Origin: Candidatus Hodarchaeota archaeon | GTDB lineage: Archaea; Asgardarchaeota; Heimdallarchaeia; Hodarchaeales; Hodarchaeaceae | DNA length: 64,000 nt | Assembly (NCBI GenBank): GCA_016839815.1 | Contig: JAEOTM010000143.1 | Coordinates: 26,461-90,460, forward strand | Reading direction: 5' to 3' | Shown here: piece by piece, positions 48,607 through 58,493 of the stretch | How positions within the stretch are numbered: the stretch's first letter is position 1 | How the letters are laid out: the number at the start of each line of letters is the position of its first letter | Notes under the pieces: model-generated | Told to the model about the DNA's origin: nothing | Seen by the model: only the letters and a program-made list of their open reading frames with translations | Database searches by the model: none | Translations under genes and position numbers: made by a program

Positions 48607-49953
48607 TTAAACGATTTTAATATATTCATAGGCTTTAATAGTGGTCTCGAAACCATAATGGATGTGTTGGAACTCTTTTCGGAACTCTGATACTTCTTGA
48701 GCTACAGCTAAAGGATCCTTTTTGTCCAGAATGACTGATTTAAAGAATTCTGCAACTGTAATCATATCTGGCTCTTTCATTCCAAGTCTAGTAATTTCTT
48801 GGGTTCCAATCCTGATTCCTCCGGGATTTAGGTAGTTACGTTTTTCTAAAATATCCCAAGGCAATAGATTTCGATTTGCTACAACATGAGCTCTTTCTAA
48901 TATTTGTTCAACATCGGCCCCTAAACCAATGGTATCCTGAAAATTGGTAATATCAACAAGCAAAGTGTGTGATTCAGTAAAGCCTTTATCTGGACATACA
49001 ACCTTAAATCCTCTCTCATATAAGGCTTGACCTAATGCTTTAGCATTAAGTATAATTTGTTTAGAATACGCTTCCCCAAATTTCAAGAATTCTGCAGCTG
49101 CGACGGCAAGGCCGGCTACATGCATCAAATGATGATTTGATGTCATTCCAGGGAATGCTGCAGCCTTAATTCTTTCTGCAAATTCATCTCGAGATGCTAC
49201 TACAATACCTTTTTGGGGACCTGGAAATGTTTTATGAGTGGACATGGTCATGGTATCCGTTCCTTCCTTTATGGGATCTTGAAATTGTTTCCCTGCGATT
49301 AATCCTGCGACATGAGCTGCATCATAGTTTACATGCGCACCTATTTCATGGGCCACTGGGATCAATTCTTTCAAAGGATGAGGAAAAAGAAAAACACTAG
49401 CCCCAAATTGCACCAATTTGGGTTTTTTTTCACGAAAAGCTTTGATTGCTGCATCAACATCAATATTTAAACCATATCGGTCAAAAGGTATGTAATCAAC
49501 ATCCAACCTAGAAACAGCCCCTGCAGTCCCTCCAATGAATGATCCAGACTTCGCAGAGAGAGGACCAGAGCTAATATGTCCTCCTACTGGAATGGATATT
49601 GCCATCATTTTGTCTTGAGCTTTTGTAAAGGCAGTATAAACTGTTAGATTTGCTACAACACCTGATATGGGACGAGCGTCTATAAAAGGGGCTTTATATA
49701 ACTGCTTCAACAGTTTCAAAGTTAATTCTTCCATGTCATCGAAATATTCATTTCCTGGATAGACTCTCTCTCCAATCCAGCCTTCAGCATATCTATGTGC
49801 TAAATCAGAAATCGCTGCTTCTCTTACAGCAGGACTTGTTAAGTTTTCTGAAGCGATTAAAGGGATAGCATTATTCCAATAAGCATGATGAGCTTCGAGA
49901 ATACTCCGGATTTGTTTAAATGTTGGATCATCAGTCAACTTTATTCCACACAC
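48607..49953 (-). CDS. glyA: serine hydroxymethyltransferase (archaeal type)
   Basis: LIASEN, RYAEG, GGHISS, DAAHVAGL, STHKTFPGPQ.G, SNHH. Confidence 0.96.
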   Translation of the reverse strand: MCGIKLTDDPTFKQIRSILEAHHAYWNNAIPLIASENLTSPAVREAAISDLAHRYAEGWIGERVYPGNEYFDDMEELTLKLLKQLYKAPFIDARPISGVVANLTVYTAFTKAQDKMMAISIPVGGHISSGPLSAKSGSFIGGTAGAVSRLDVDYIPFDRYGLNIDVDAAIKAFREKKPKLVQFGASVFLFPHPLKELIPVAHEIGAHVNYDAAHVAGLIAGKQFQDPIKEGTDTMTMSTHKTFPGPQKGIVVASRDEFAERIKAAAFPGMTSNHHLMHVAGLAVAAAEFLKFGEAYSKQIILNAKALGQALYERGFKVVCPDKGFTESHTLLVDITNFQDTIGLGADVEQILERAHVVANRNLLPWDILEKRNYLNPGGIRIGTQEITRLGMKEPDMITVAEFFKSVILDKKDPLAVAQEVSEFRKEFQHIHYGFETTIKAYEYIKIV

Positions 49954-50103
49954 ATTCTAAGGTTTGTAAGAATGATTAGGATAAATTCTAAAAAAATTTC
50001 TCCTTATTCCAAAGCTTTAATTTAGTATTCATAGCATAGTCTCAGTCAATTATTCCAAAAGTATAGAGACCAGTTACTTGCAAACGTAATCAAATACATT
50101 TTC

Positions 50104-51267
50104 GTGATGTGGAAAAGGATGAAAACTCAATTATATTCTTGGCACAAAAAAAACGGTGATATGGTTGATTTTGCAGGCTTTAGAATGCCTGTAATGTATA
50201 CTTCCATCATCGAAGAGCATTTATCGGTTAGAAATGCCGTTGGTGTATTCGATGTTTCTCATATGGGACGAATGTGGATTCAAGGGGAGGATTCTGAGAT
50301 ATTCCTTAATTCTCTTGTCCCCAGAGATCTCACAAAAACTGCTGTAGGAAGAGCTTCTTATACCTTCATGCTTAATGAGCAGGGAGGATTTCGTGATGAT
50401 CTAGTTTTTGAGCGTCTCGGAGAAAATAAGTGGCTACTAGTCTGGAATGCAGGTAATTATCAAAAAATTCTTCATTGGATTAATATGTTATTGAACCTAC
50501 TCACAAATTTTCGTGACTTAGATGTAGAGGTAAAAAATGTTTCACGTTCGACCGCTATGTATGCCTTACAGGGTCCACAATCAGAAGCACTTCTAAAACA
50601 TGTTTTACCAGATAACACATCTCCTCCCTCCTCTTGGAACATTTTGGAGACGATTATTGCGGATTGTAAAGTAATTATCTCAGGTACGGGATATACAGGT
50701 GAAGCTGGATATGAGATCATTGTACTAGACACATCGATTGAAGATAGTTCTAAGGCAATAAATGTATGGGAGAAACTTCTACAGGAAGGTACGGCTTTTG
50801 ATATAAAACCATGCGGATTAGGAGCCCGTGATTCACTCAGATTGGAAGCTGGCTATCATCTTTATGGAAATGATATTTCAGAAGATATTAATCCACTTGA
50901 AGCCGACCTATTCTTCCCTCCATTCATCCATATTGACAAAGACTTCTTCATAGGAAAATCCCAATTAGAAGAATTGAAAAAAGCAAGTCAAAAGAAAATT
51001 CGAGTGGGTTTAGTTGCTTTAAAAAAAGGCCCTAGCCCCCGTCCTGGGCTGAAGTTGTACGAGAAAGAAAAGGAAATCGGAGTCATATCCTCGGGAGGGT
51101 TCTCTCCTCTATTAAATACTGGAATTGGTATGGGGTATATAACTCCAGAGAATAATGCGGAGAATAAAGTCATCCAATACCAAGTTAGAAATAAGATGCA
51201 TGATGTAGAAATAAAGAAATATCCTCTGTATGATCCAAGCAAATATGGGAAATCAAGGAAGGTTTGA
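50104..51267 (+). CDS. gcvT: aminomethyltransferase (glycine cleavage T)
   Basis: FAG..MP, EH..VR, FDVSHMG, TGYTGE.GYE, GLGARDSLRLEAG. Confidence 0.96.
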   Translation: MMWKRMKTQLYSWHKKNGDMVDFAGFRMPVMYTSIIEEHLSVRNAVGVFDVSHMGRMWIQGEDSEIFLNSLVPRDLTKTAVGRASYTFMLNEQGGFRDDLVFERLGENKWLLVWNAGNYQKILHWINMLLNLLTNFRDLDVEVKNVSRSTAMYALQGPQSEALLKHVLPDNTSPPSSWNILETIIADCKVIISGTGYTGEAGYEIIVLDTSIEDSSKAINVWEKLLQEGTAFDIKPCGLGARDSLRLEAGYHLYGNDISEDINPLEADLFFPPFIHIDKDFFIGKSQLEELKKASQKKIRVGLVALKKGPSPRPGLKLYEKEKEIGVISSGGFSPLLNTGIGMGYITPENNAENKVIQYQVRNKMHDVEIKKYPLYDPSKYGKSRKV

Positions 51268-51270
51268 GAA

Positions 51271-54200
51271 TTATTTCTTTTTCTTTTTGCCTTTAGTTTT
51301 CTTTCCTGTCTCCCCAGTAATAGTGCCCAATTCAGATAGAGCATCTGAAAATAAGTCTATTAAATCTGGAGGTTTTACTTCGGTTGGTTTTGGGGATTCT
51401 GATTCGGCTATTTCCTCATAAGATACTTCAGGAATTCCAAAGAGCTCGCTTGTATCACTCTGATCATCTTCATCAAGAGCATTAACGACAGAGTCTAACG
51501 AACTGCTTATATCTTGGTCGAAAAGGCTTTTAGTTTCTTCATACGGCTTTAGTTCCTGTTTAGGAGGAATAACACTCTCTGTATCAACTAAAGCCATTTC
51601 TAACTCTTCTAAACCTGGAAGACTCTGTTTCTTTTGTTGTTCTAAGTCAGGTTTTAATTGGAGTGAACTGAGTTGAGTTGGCTTTACAACATCTTCTTTT
51701 ATAGGCGTGAATGATGATTCAAGAACACTTAAATCAGGCGTTTCTGATGTATCTTCTACTATACTCGGAGGTTTTTGTGGCTCAGGTTCGCTAATTCGAT
51801 CTGGGGAAGGAATTGCCGCTTCTTTCTTTAGTAAACGACCGAAAGCGTCTACTTCCCATTCTTCCTCACTCGTAGAAGATTCTTTCGCTGACAAGGATCT
51901 TAATACATCAGCACCTCTCAGTTTAGAGTCGTCACGGGAACTAAACAGAGTTGTTACTTCATCATCAGAAAGAGTAATCCCTTCCTTTGTAGGAAGACTT
52001 ACGTCTGGCAAGGGTTCCTCTTCTGCGGAGGGAGATCTCCGTGTTGATTCATCTGGAACTGGATCCATTGAAAAAAGGCTTGACAGCTCCTCATCACTCA
52101 ATGTTGTTGATACTTCCTCCCCTTCCATCTTGGGAGGTATTTCTAAAACCTCTCCGCTTATTTGTGGTTGTAGAGCTGGTATTTCTTCTTTTTGTTGAGT
52201 GATTTGTGGTTCTGGTTCTTGGAATATTGGTGGTGCTTCTAGTTGGTCGGGGAGTGGCGATTCTGGTTTTATCCCTTTAATTACATCGATAATTTCTTCA
52301 TCTTCCACTATTTCGGGCACGATTGGTTTTTCGAAACGAGGTTCCTCAGGAGGTGTGAGTACTTCAGCAGCATCAACCATGGTAGGAGCCACATGTCTGA
52401 CCTCTTCAACCACAAGTTTATCTTTCTCTGGTTTTGTTTTCAAAAAGTTATTTCGCTTCTCTGATAAATGCTTAAACCCTTTTTTGAATTTCTTAGGTTG
52501 AATACTAAGATCATCAAAATACTGCTGAATTTTCGTTGTTTTATCGGTCTCTTTCAGATCTGTAGCATAATTTAACATGAAAAGGAGGATTCCACCCATT
52601 TCCTCAGAACGATTTATCATTGTAGCTAATTTACTCATATATTCGAGATATCGAAACACTAGATCTAAATTATCAGTTGTGACCGCTGTTTCGATAATAT
52701 CGAAACAATTTTTGAAAAGCTCATCAAGATCTTCTAGTTCCTCTAATTTCTCTATAGTTTGTTGAAAGGCAGCCAATACTGAATCATCAGAGACATTACA
52801 TAGATATTTCGTTAAGAGAACTAATAACTGAGCTTCATGTTTTTTGGCCTTGAATTTACTGCAAATATAGATTCCTCTCTCAAATGTACGAATGGCTCTT
52901 TTTGTGGAGGAGTATTGATTTGCTAAATCATTATAAATATTAACCACTCCATCAAAATCATTTGCACCTCGTAAGTAGTCAGCAGCGAGATAAGCATACT
53001 CAGAGGCTAGATCAGGATTATCATCAGCAACCATTTGAGCAAATTTGTGGGTAACTTTCGCCCCAAAATGATTCTTCTCTGCAGATAATTCAGGATTCGT
53101 ATTAATATGCTGAATCAAATTATCAAGATACTCTCTTCCTTTGTCTATATGGGCTTTATTAATTAAATTCTGAACAAATTCAAGAGATCGGTCAACAATT
53201 TCTGAAAAAGGTAAATTTGATCGTTCGGATAATATCGACATTAACTTCATGGCTTCTACTGCAAAACCAAAATCTGTTAACTTCTCCGTGTATTTAAATA
53301 CTAATTTATTCCCAGGATCAACTAAAGCACTGCCATACACAAGATTAACTAAAGAGATTATACCATCAGCAGATTCAAACGTCAATGCAGATGACTCAAT
53401 AAGTTGATCATAAAATTTTTCTGAATACTTAATGTACTCATCGAGAGGAGGTGAAAGGACTTCATTTACGACCGTAAGAAGAGAAACATCAGGGTATTTC
53501 TGTAATAGCGGATCAACAACCTTCTTTGTGATTTTTTTGAAGTCATCCTTCAATGAATGAATCTGTACAATCTTTCGAAAGAGTTGTAGTGATGATTCTT
53601 TCACATGTTGAAAAGTAATTTCAAAGACCATATTCAGAAATTCGAGGGCTTTATCTGGTTTGTTATCATCCTCGAATAGGGAAGCTACTTCGAGGGCAAA
53701 TTTGATGGCAGAATTGTAATCTGCATTATCTAAAGTGATTTTAGTATAATCTTTTATCGATTGAATTGCAATTTTATATTGTTGATGAGTTTTACCAAAT
53801 CTAAATATTAAATCAGTCATTTTTGCTGCGTCTTCGAACTGATCAAATTCCAAAAAGCGATTTCGCATCTTCCCAAGATATTTGATTACATCTGGAATAC
53901 TCCCAGAACTTTCAATATAGCGAGCATTCTGAACACTAAAGATGTAGGCATCTTGAAACATCCCCTGCTCTAATTGTCTATCAATGATGTTGGATACAAT
54001 TGAGATACACTTCTTAAAGTTCTCTTTTTCCTCGTATTCCTTTAAGATTATATCTGTAATTTTTTGTGACAATTCTACTGAATGATCAAGAAGCTCCTCT
54101 TGATATTTTACTAACATTTCAAGTGCTCCCTGGTCGTCTCCCATCCGTTTATAGGCTTCCGCTGTTTCAAAAACGTATTTTTGGACGAGATCAATTCTTT

Positions 54201-56856
54201 GAGTATTTTGTAAAAGATGATCCACAAAACGACTTATTGAATCTATTGCTCTTGTATAGTCGCTTTGTTTTCCTTGAAGGATTACTAGTTGGTCAAGAAT
54301 ATATGCAGCTCTATCAACTTCCGTCACATCAAGGAGTTCTTTGATAAAGTTCTGCAATAGTTCATAATCAATATGATCTGATTGTAGCATTAAGCTCGCG
54401 ATATAGCGTATATACTCGAAAATCATATCTCGATGGTTGTACTCCCTGAGTTTATCGATAAATTGACAACAAAATTTGATAACATCTTTTATTTTCTTGG
54501 TTTCTAATAAACGAGATAATTCTAAGTTGATCATCTCTTGGGCTGTAAGTACAGCCTGACTTACAAGCATTTCATCTACGTATTTGAGGACAATTTTTTC
54601 CCTTTTCTTCGGGTCATCAATTGTTTGAAGTGCTGTTTGTATAAAGGACTTTGAGCGATCTTTCATTCCTAGTTTTCCTAGTAAATCCCCCATTGCTAAT
54701 TGCTTTTCGATTCGGCGGGAATCATCATCTTTGTATGCCTTCCCTATAAGATTCTCTACAAATTGTAGATAGTTCTTTGCTGCCTCACTTTCATTTAGAT
54801 CAGCGAGACCTCTCACAACCCCAAGACTAAAATCAACAGCTTCTTCGATTTTATTTAATTCATAATATAGTTTTATGGCTTGATTACTCAGCTCACATGA
54901 CTTTACATATGTTTCTGGATCCATTAATGCTTCTGCTGCTTCCAGGGTGATTTCTAACGCTTTTTCCTTTTTTCCCTGAGTTTCAAGAGTCAGTATTAAA
55001 CGATTGACATATCGCTGATAGTGGGTTTTTTCATTAATAGATTTTAATAAACTTGAAGTTTCTTCAAGGGTACTTAGTATTTCAAAATTCGCTTTACGTT
55101 CTTCCTGTACTCCCAAGGCGGCATCAACTAAGAAAACTATGTCTTCCAAGAAACCATCCTTCTCTGCACTAGAAAAAACATCCTCACTAGTCCGAATTTC
55201 TTTGATTGTGAAATGCGCATATCGAAGAGCATTCTCCCACATTACTACTGGAAGTCGAGCTTGCTTATAGAATTCAGCTTGCTTTTTAGCTAAAAGTAAT
55301 ATTGTAGATATTGAATCAGGGGCTATTTTTTCCGATAAATAATGGTCTAAAACTAGATCACATAGATTAGCTGCATTTAGATGCTTGTTTTGATCAGAAA
55401 GCATTTCAATTGATTCAAACACAAACTCAATTGTGGTATCGAGATCAATTTTTATTAAATCAGATATAATCTCTGATTGGATTTTAACGACTTTGGAATC
55501 TTTTCCCTGCTCAACCAAAAATTGAATAAGTTTACGTCCAAATCGTAGAATTCCCTTAGCATTTTCTTCTTTGCGGAATCGCCTAAGTAATACCTCTGTA
55601 ATCTTTGATGCTGCTTTAAGTTTTCCTTCTTTTTCATTCTGCTCAATAATTTGTAAAAAATGCCCGACGGCAACATTAATTATGATTTGTTCCATTGGCT
55701 TTGTAGTTAACTCGCCAATGGTTTGAAAAACTAATTCTGAAGCATCATAAAGATAGCTAAATGAGATTTGGGGAATTTCCTGATTAATTAAACGAGCAAT
55801 TTCATCCTGATCAATGGTTATTTCTACTGGTGTAGAAACCGATCCTTCAGATTTACGGAAACGCAAAAACCAAGAATCAAATTTCCTAAGAATAATACAG
55901 TCTACTCCTCCGGAATGAGTAATAGGAATTTCTTTGACAGGTAGAGGTTGTCCAACTTCAACTACTTCTTTTACTTTAGTGATAAATTTATCAAAATCTT
56001 CAGCCTTACTGAATTCTGACATATCAAAATCAGATAAATCTACCAGAGCTACTTCATCTTGTTCTGTTGAAACAGTTCTCTGCGATTCTGAGTGAGATAG
56101 AGGATCGTCTACATCAACAATTGCATCCATTTGAGGGATTGAAACTGTATCTTCTGATTCGACATTTTCTGGTTTTAGTATTAATGATTCAATTCGCTCT
56201 GCTGAATCATATATTGCTGAGAATGATAGAAAATCAATTCCCGATTCACTGATCAATTCCACAAGTTTATCCTGATTTACTTTATCCTTAGAATAGACTT
56301 TCCTTATGAGGAGTTCTTCATCTCTGGATAGAACTACCGCGTATTTTCCCTCAGGAGTATAGTAAATCGTGGCAAAACCTGATTTGGAATGAAGCATTTT
56401 AATTCTTTTGAGTTCCTTATCTCCTAGAGGTATTGTTAGAATTTTGCCTGTTTGAACTGAACTCACATCTTCAACAATCTCCTCCTCCTCGTCTAGAGTA
56501 TCTTCAGCAATTATACCAAATTTTTCTGTCATTTCATCAGTTTCTTGGGTAACAGATTTTGAATCAGCTTTATCATCGATTGAGAAAGCTTGAAATTCAT
56601 CCTTTATAGTATTTACTAGCAAATCAGCGATGTCAAAGATTGCAGAGAAACTAAAAAACTCTACTCCAGCCTCACTCAGAAGATCTACCATCCGATCTTG
56701 ATCCAACTTGGACGGGGAGATTGAGGAAGAGTTTATCTGTCTATCATTTTGAAAGAAGTTTAATATGTAACTATCTCCACTCTCTCTTATTTCGACTTCT
56801 ACCCCTGACGTAGAGGGAAGTTCTAACCGAACCAGTTTTTCGTTTCGGGTTGCCAT
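51271..56856 (-). CDS. giant 1861-aa protein: three N-terminal repeats, TPR/SNAP-like alpha-solenoid, acidic disordered tail
   Basis: Uninterrupted ORF with AGGA upstream. Repeats QD...L......SFS.IYD x3, about 1050 aa of amphipathic helix pairs, E/P/S/D-rich tail ending GKKTKGKKKKK. Confidence 0.8.
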   Translation of the reverse strand: MATRNEKLVRLELPSTSGVEVEIRESGDSYILNFFQNDRQINSSSISPSKLDQDRMVDLLSEAGVEFFSFSAIFDIADLLVNTIKDEFQAFSIDDKADSKSVTQETDEMTEKFGIIAEDTLDEEEEIVEDVSSVQTGKILTIPLGDKELKRIKMLHSKSGFATIYYTPEGKYAVVLSRDEELLIRKVYSKDKVNQDKLVELISESGIDFLSFSAIYDSAERIESLILKPENVESEDTVSIPQMDAIVDVDDPLSHSESQRTVSTEQDEVALVDLSDFDMSEFSKAEDFDKFITKVKEVVEVGQPLPVKEIPITHSGGVDCIILRKFDSWFLRFRKSEGSVSTPVEITIDQDEIARLINQEIPQISFSYLYDASELVFQTIGELTTKPMEQIIINVAVGHFLQIIEQNEKEGKLKAASKITEVLLRRFRKEENAKGILRFGRKLIQFLVEQGKDSKVVKIQSEIISDLIKIDLDTTIEFVFESIEMLSDQNKHLNAANLCDLVLDHYLSEKIAPDSISTILLLAKKQAEFYKQARLPVVMWENALRYAHFTIKEIRTSEDVFSSAEKDGFLEDIVFLVDAALGVQEERKANFEILSTLEETSSLLKSINEKTHYQRYVNRLILTLETQGKKEKALEITLEAAEALMDPETYVKSCELSNQAIKLYYELNKIEEAVDFSLGVVRGLADLNESEAAKNYLQFVENLIGKAYKDDDSRRIEKQLAMGDLLGKLGMKDRSKSFIQTALQTIDDPKKREKIVLKYVDEMLVSQAVLTAQEMINLELSRLLETKKIKDVIKFCCQFIDKLREYNHRDMIFEYIRYIASLMLQSDHIDYELLQNFIKELLDVTEVDRAAYILDQLVILQGKQSDYTRAIDSISRFVDHLLQNTQRIDLVQKYVFETAEAYKRMGDDQGALEMLVKYQEELLDHSVELSQKITDIILKEYEEKENFKKCISIVSNIIDRQLEQGMFQDAYIFSVQNARYIESSGSIPDVIKYLGKMRNRFLEFDQFEDAAKMTDLIFRFGKTHQQYKIAIQSIKDYTKITLDNADYNSAIKFALEVASLFEDDNKPDKALEFLNMVFEITFQHVKESSLQLFRKIVQIHSLKDDFKKITKKVVDPLLQKYPDVSLLTVVNEVLSPPLDEYIKYSEKFYDQLIESSALTFESADGIISLVNLVYGSALVDPGNKLVFKYTEKLTDFGFAVEAMKLMSILSERSNLPFSEIVDRSLEFVQNLINKAHIDKGREYLDNLIQHINTNPELSAEKNHFGAKVTHKFAQMVADDNPDLASEYAYLAADYLRGANDFDGVVNIYNDLANQYSSTKRAIRTFERGIYICSKFKAKKHEAQLLVLLTKYLCNVSDDSVLAAFQQTIEKLEELEDLDELFKNCFDIIETAVTTDNLDLVFRYLEYMSKLATMINRSEEMGGILLFMLNYATDLKETDKTTKIQQYFDDLSIQPKKFKKGFKHLSEKRNNFLKTKPEKDKLVVEEVRHVAPTMVDAAEVLTPPEEPRFEKPIVPEIVEDEEIIDVIKGIKPESPLPDQLEAPPIFQEPEPQITQQKEEIPALQPQISGEVLEIPPKMEGEEVSTTLSDEELSSLFSMDPVPDESTRRSPSAEEEPLPDVSLPTKEGITLSDDEVTTLFSSRDDSKLRGADVLRSLSAKESSTSEEEWEVDAFGRLLKKEAAIPSPDRISEPEPQKPPSIVEDTSETPDLSVLESSFTPIKEDVVKPTQLSSLQLKPDLEQQKKQSLPGLEELEMALVDTESVIPPKQELKPYEETKSLFDQDISSSLDSVVNALDEDDQSDTSELFGIPEVSYEEIAESESPKPTEVKPPDLIDLFSDALSELGTITGETGKKTKGKKKKK

Positions 56857-57153
56857 AATAAATCGATCATCCTAATAAATAAATGATATAGTGTGTCTTC
56901 TAAAAGATTTTCTAATTCTCAACAAGGCTAATCTATGTATAGAGTTGTTTTCTGACGAGTAAGTGTTATATAGGATGGAATCACCAAAACTCTAAATAAT
57001 TTCCTTTACAACACTGATTAATTAGGATCTTTCCTTCCTTGGAATATTTTCCATCTTTAATTTAGTTCTATTAAGTACAATGAATAAAGGAATTAGGAAA
57101 CTTATTTGTAAGCTTACATAATCCCCAAAGTATCGATTAAGAATAGAAAATAC

Positions 57154-58416
57154 TTATTCTAATGATTTTTCAACATAGATTTGTATTAGATTGATTACTG
57201 TCTCCACAGATTTCTCTAATGCTATAACAGGTACAAATTCCTTTTTACTATGAAAATTCAAAGCTCCAGAAAATATATTTGGGGTTGGTAGGCCTTGATA
57301 GCTCAATCGTGCCCCATCTGTTCCTCCACGAATCGCTTTTTTAATAACTGGAATACCAGATCTAATAATAGCTTCCTCTGCATACTCCATTATTTCAGGT
57401 ACTTCATCAATCTTATATTTCATATTCTTGTATGATTCTTTGATAGATAATTTGATTTTAGATTCAGGATATTTTTGTTGAATATCGTCCGTAAACGCTT
57501 CTACTCTTCGAATTTTTGCTTGTAACTCTTCATAATCAAAATCTCGCAAAATAAACTTTAATTTTACCTCATTTACTGAACCATAAGTCTCATATGGATG
57601 ATAATATCCTTCTTTTGCTTCTGTTCTTTCGGGGGACTCATTTATAGGGAAATTTTGAATAATATCGGCGAGAATGCGAATAGCGTTTATCATCTTCCCT
57701 TTGGCATAACCAGGATGGCAATTAAATCCAGTTATGTGAATGTTTCCTCCAGCAGCATTGAAAGTTTCTGATTCTAAGACACCCATTTCATCCCCATCTA
57801 TTGTATATCCATAATTGGCACTCAGTGAAGCAACATCAAGTCCATCTACTCCACGACCAACTTCTTCGTCTGGGGTAAATACAATTTTTAATGTTCCATG
57901 TTTTATCTCTGGATTCGATCTTAATATTGCTAGAGAGGCCATAATCGCTGCAATTCCAGCTTTATCATCTCCTCCCAATAACGTAGTCCCATCAGAAGTT
58001 ACAATATCACTACCAACGAACTTTAGTAGTACAGGAGTTTCTTCTGGTGATATAACTAGGTCAGTACTGCCAGGGAGATTGATATTTCCTCCTTGATAAT
58101 TTTTCACAAGTTGTGGTTTGACATTGGCTCCTACTTCTTCTGGTGAAGTATCTAGGTGGGCTAAAAAGCAAATTACTGGCACTTTTTTGGCTTCCTCCTC
58201 AACTAAATTTGAAGGAATAGTTGCGATAACATAGCATTTATCCGTTAAGGTTATGTCAACGATCCCTAATTCTTTAAACTCTTGAACAAGAATTTCAGCT
58301 AGATCGAATTGTCGTTTTGTACTCGGAATAGTCTTTACGTCTTCCTGACTTGTAGTATGAATTGTAACATACTTTAAAAAACGGTTTAAAACATCTGATG
58401 GCATTGAAAACACCAT
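57154..58416 (-). CDS. pepT: peptidase T (M20B tripeptidase)
   Basis: RFLKYV, AHLDT, GTTLLGGDDKAG, FTPDEEVG, ETFNA, IRGGTDG, FHS..E. Confidence 0.95.
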   Translation of the reverse strand: MVFSMPSDVLNRFLKYVTIHTTSQEDVKTIPSTKRQFDLAEILVQEFKELGIVDITLTDKCYVIATIPSNLVEEEAKKVPVICFLAHLDTSPEEVGANVKPQLVKNYQGGNINLPGSTDLVISPEETPVLLKFVGSDIVTSDGTTLLGGDDKAGIAAIMASLAILRSNPEIKHGTLKIVFTPDEEVGRGVDGLDVASLSANYGYTIDGDEMGVLESETFNAAGGNIHITGFNCHPGYAKGKMINAIRILADIIQNFPINESPERTEAKEGYYHPYETYGSVNEVKLKFILRDFDYEELQAKIRRVEAFTDDIQQKYPESKIKLSIKESYKNMKYKIDEVPEIMEYAEEAIIRSGIPVIKKAIRGGTDGARLSYQGLPTPNIFSGALNFHSKKEFVPVIALEKSVETVINLIQIYVEKSLE

Positions 58417-58493
58417 CTAGAAAGGTGATTATCAGAGTTTTAATTCTTCTATTGGGAAAAAATTAGAGTGAAAAGAGAGAAGAAAGAATTTAA

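Noticed and set aside
51707-52765. Several Ser-rich plus-strand ORFs
   Set aside because: Antisense shadows of the Glu/Asp-rich tail of the 1861-aa gene.
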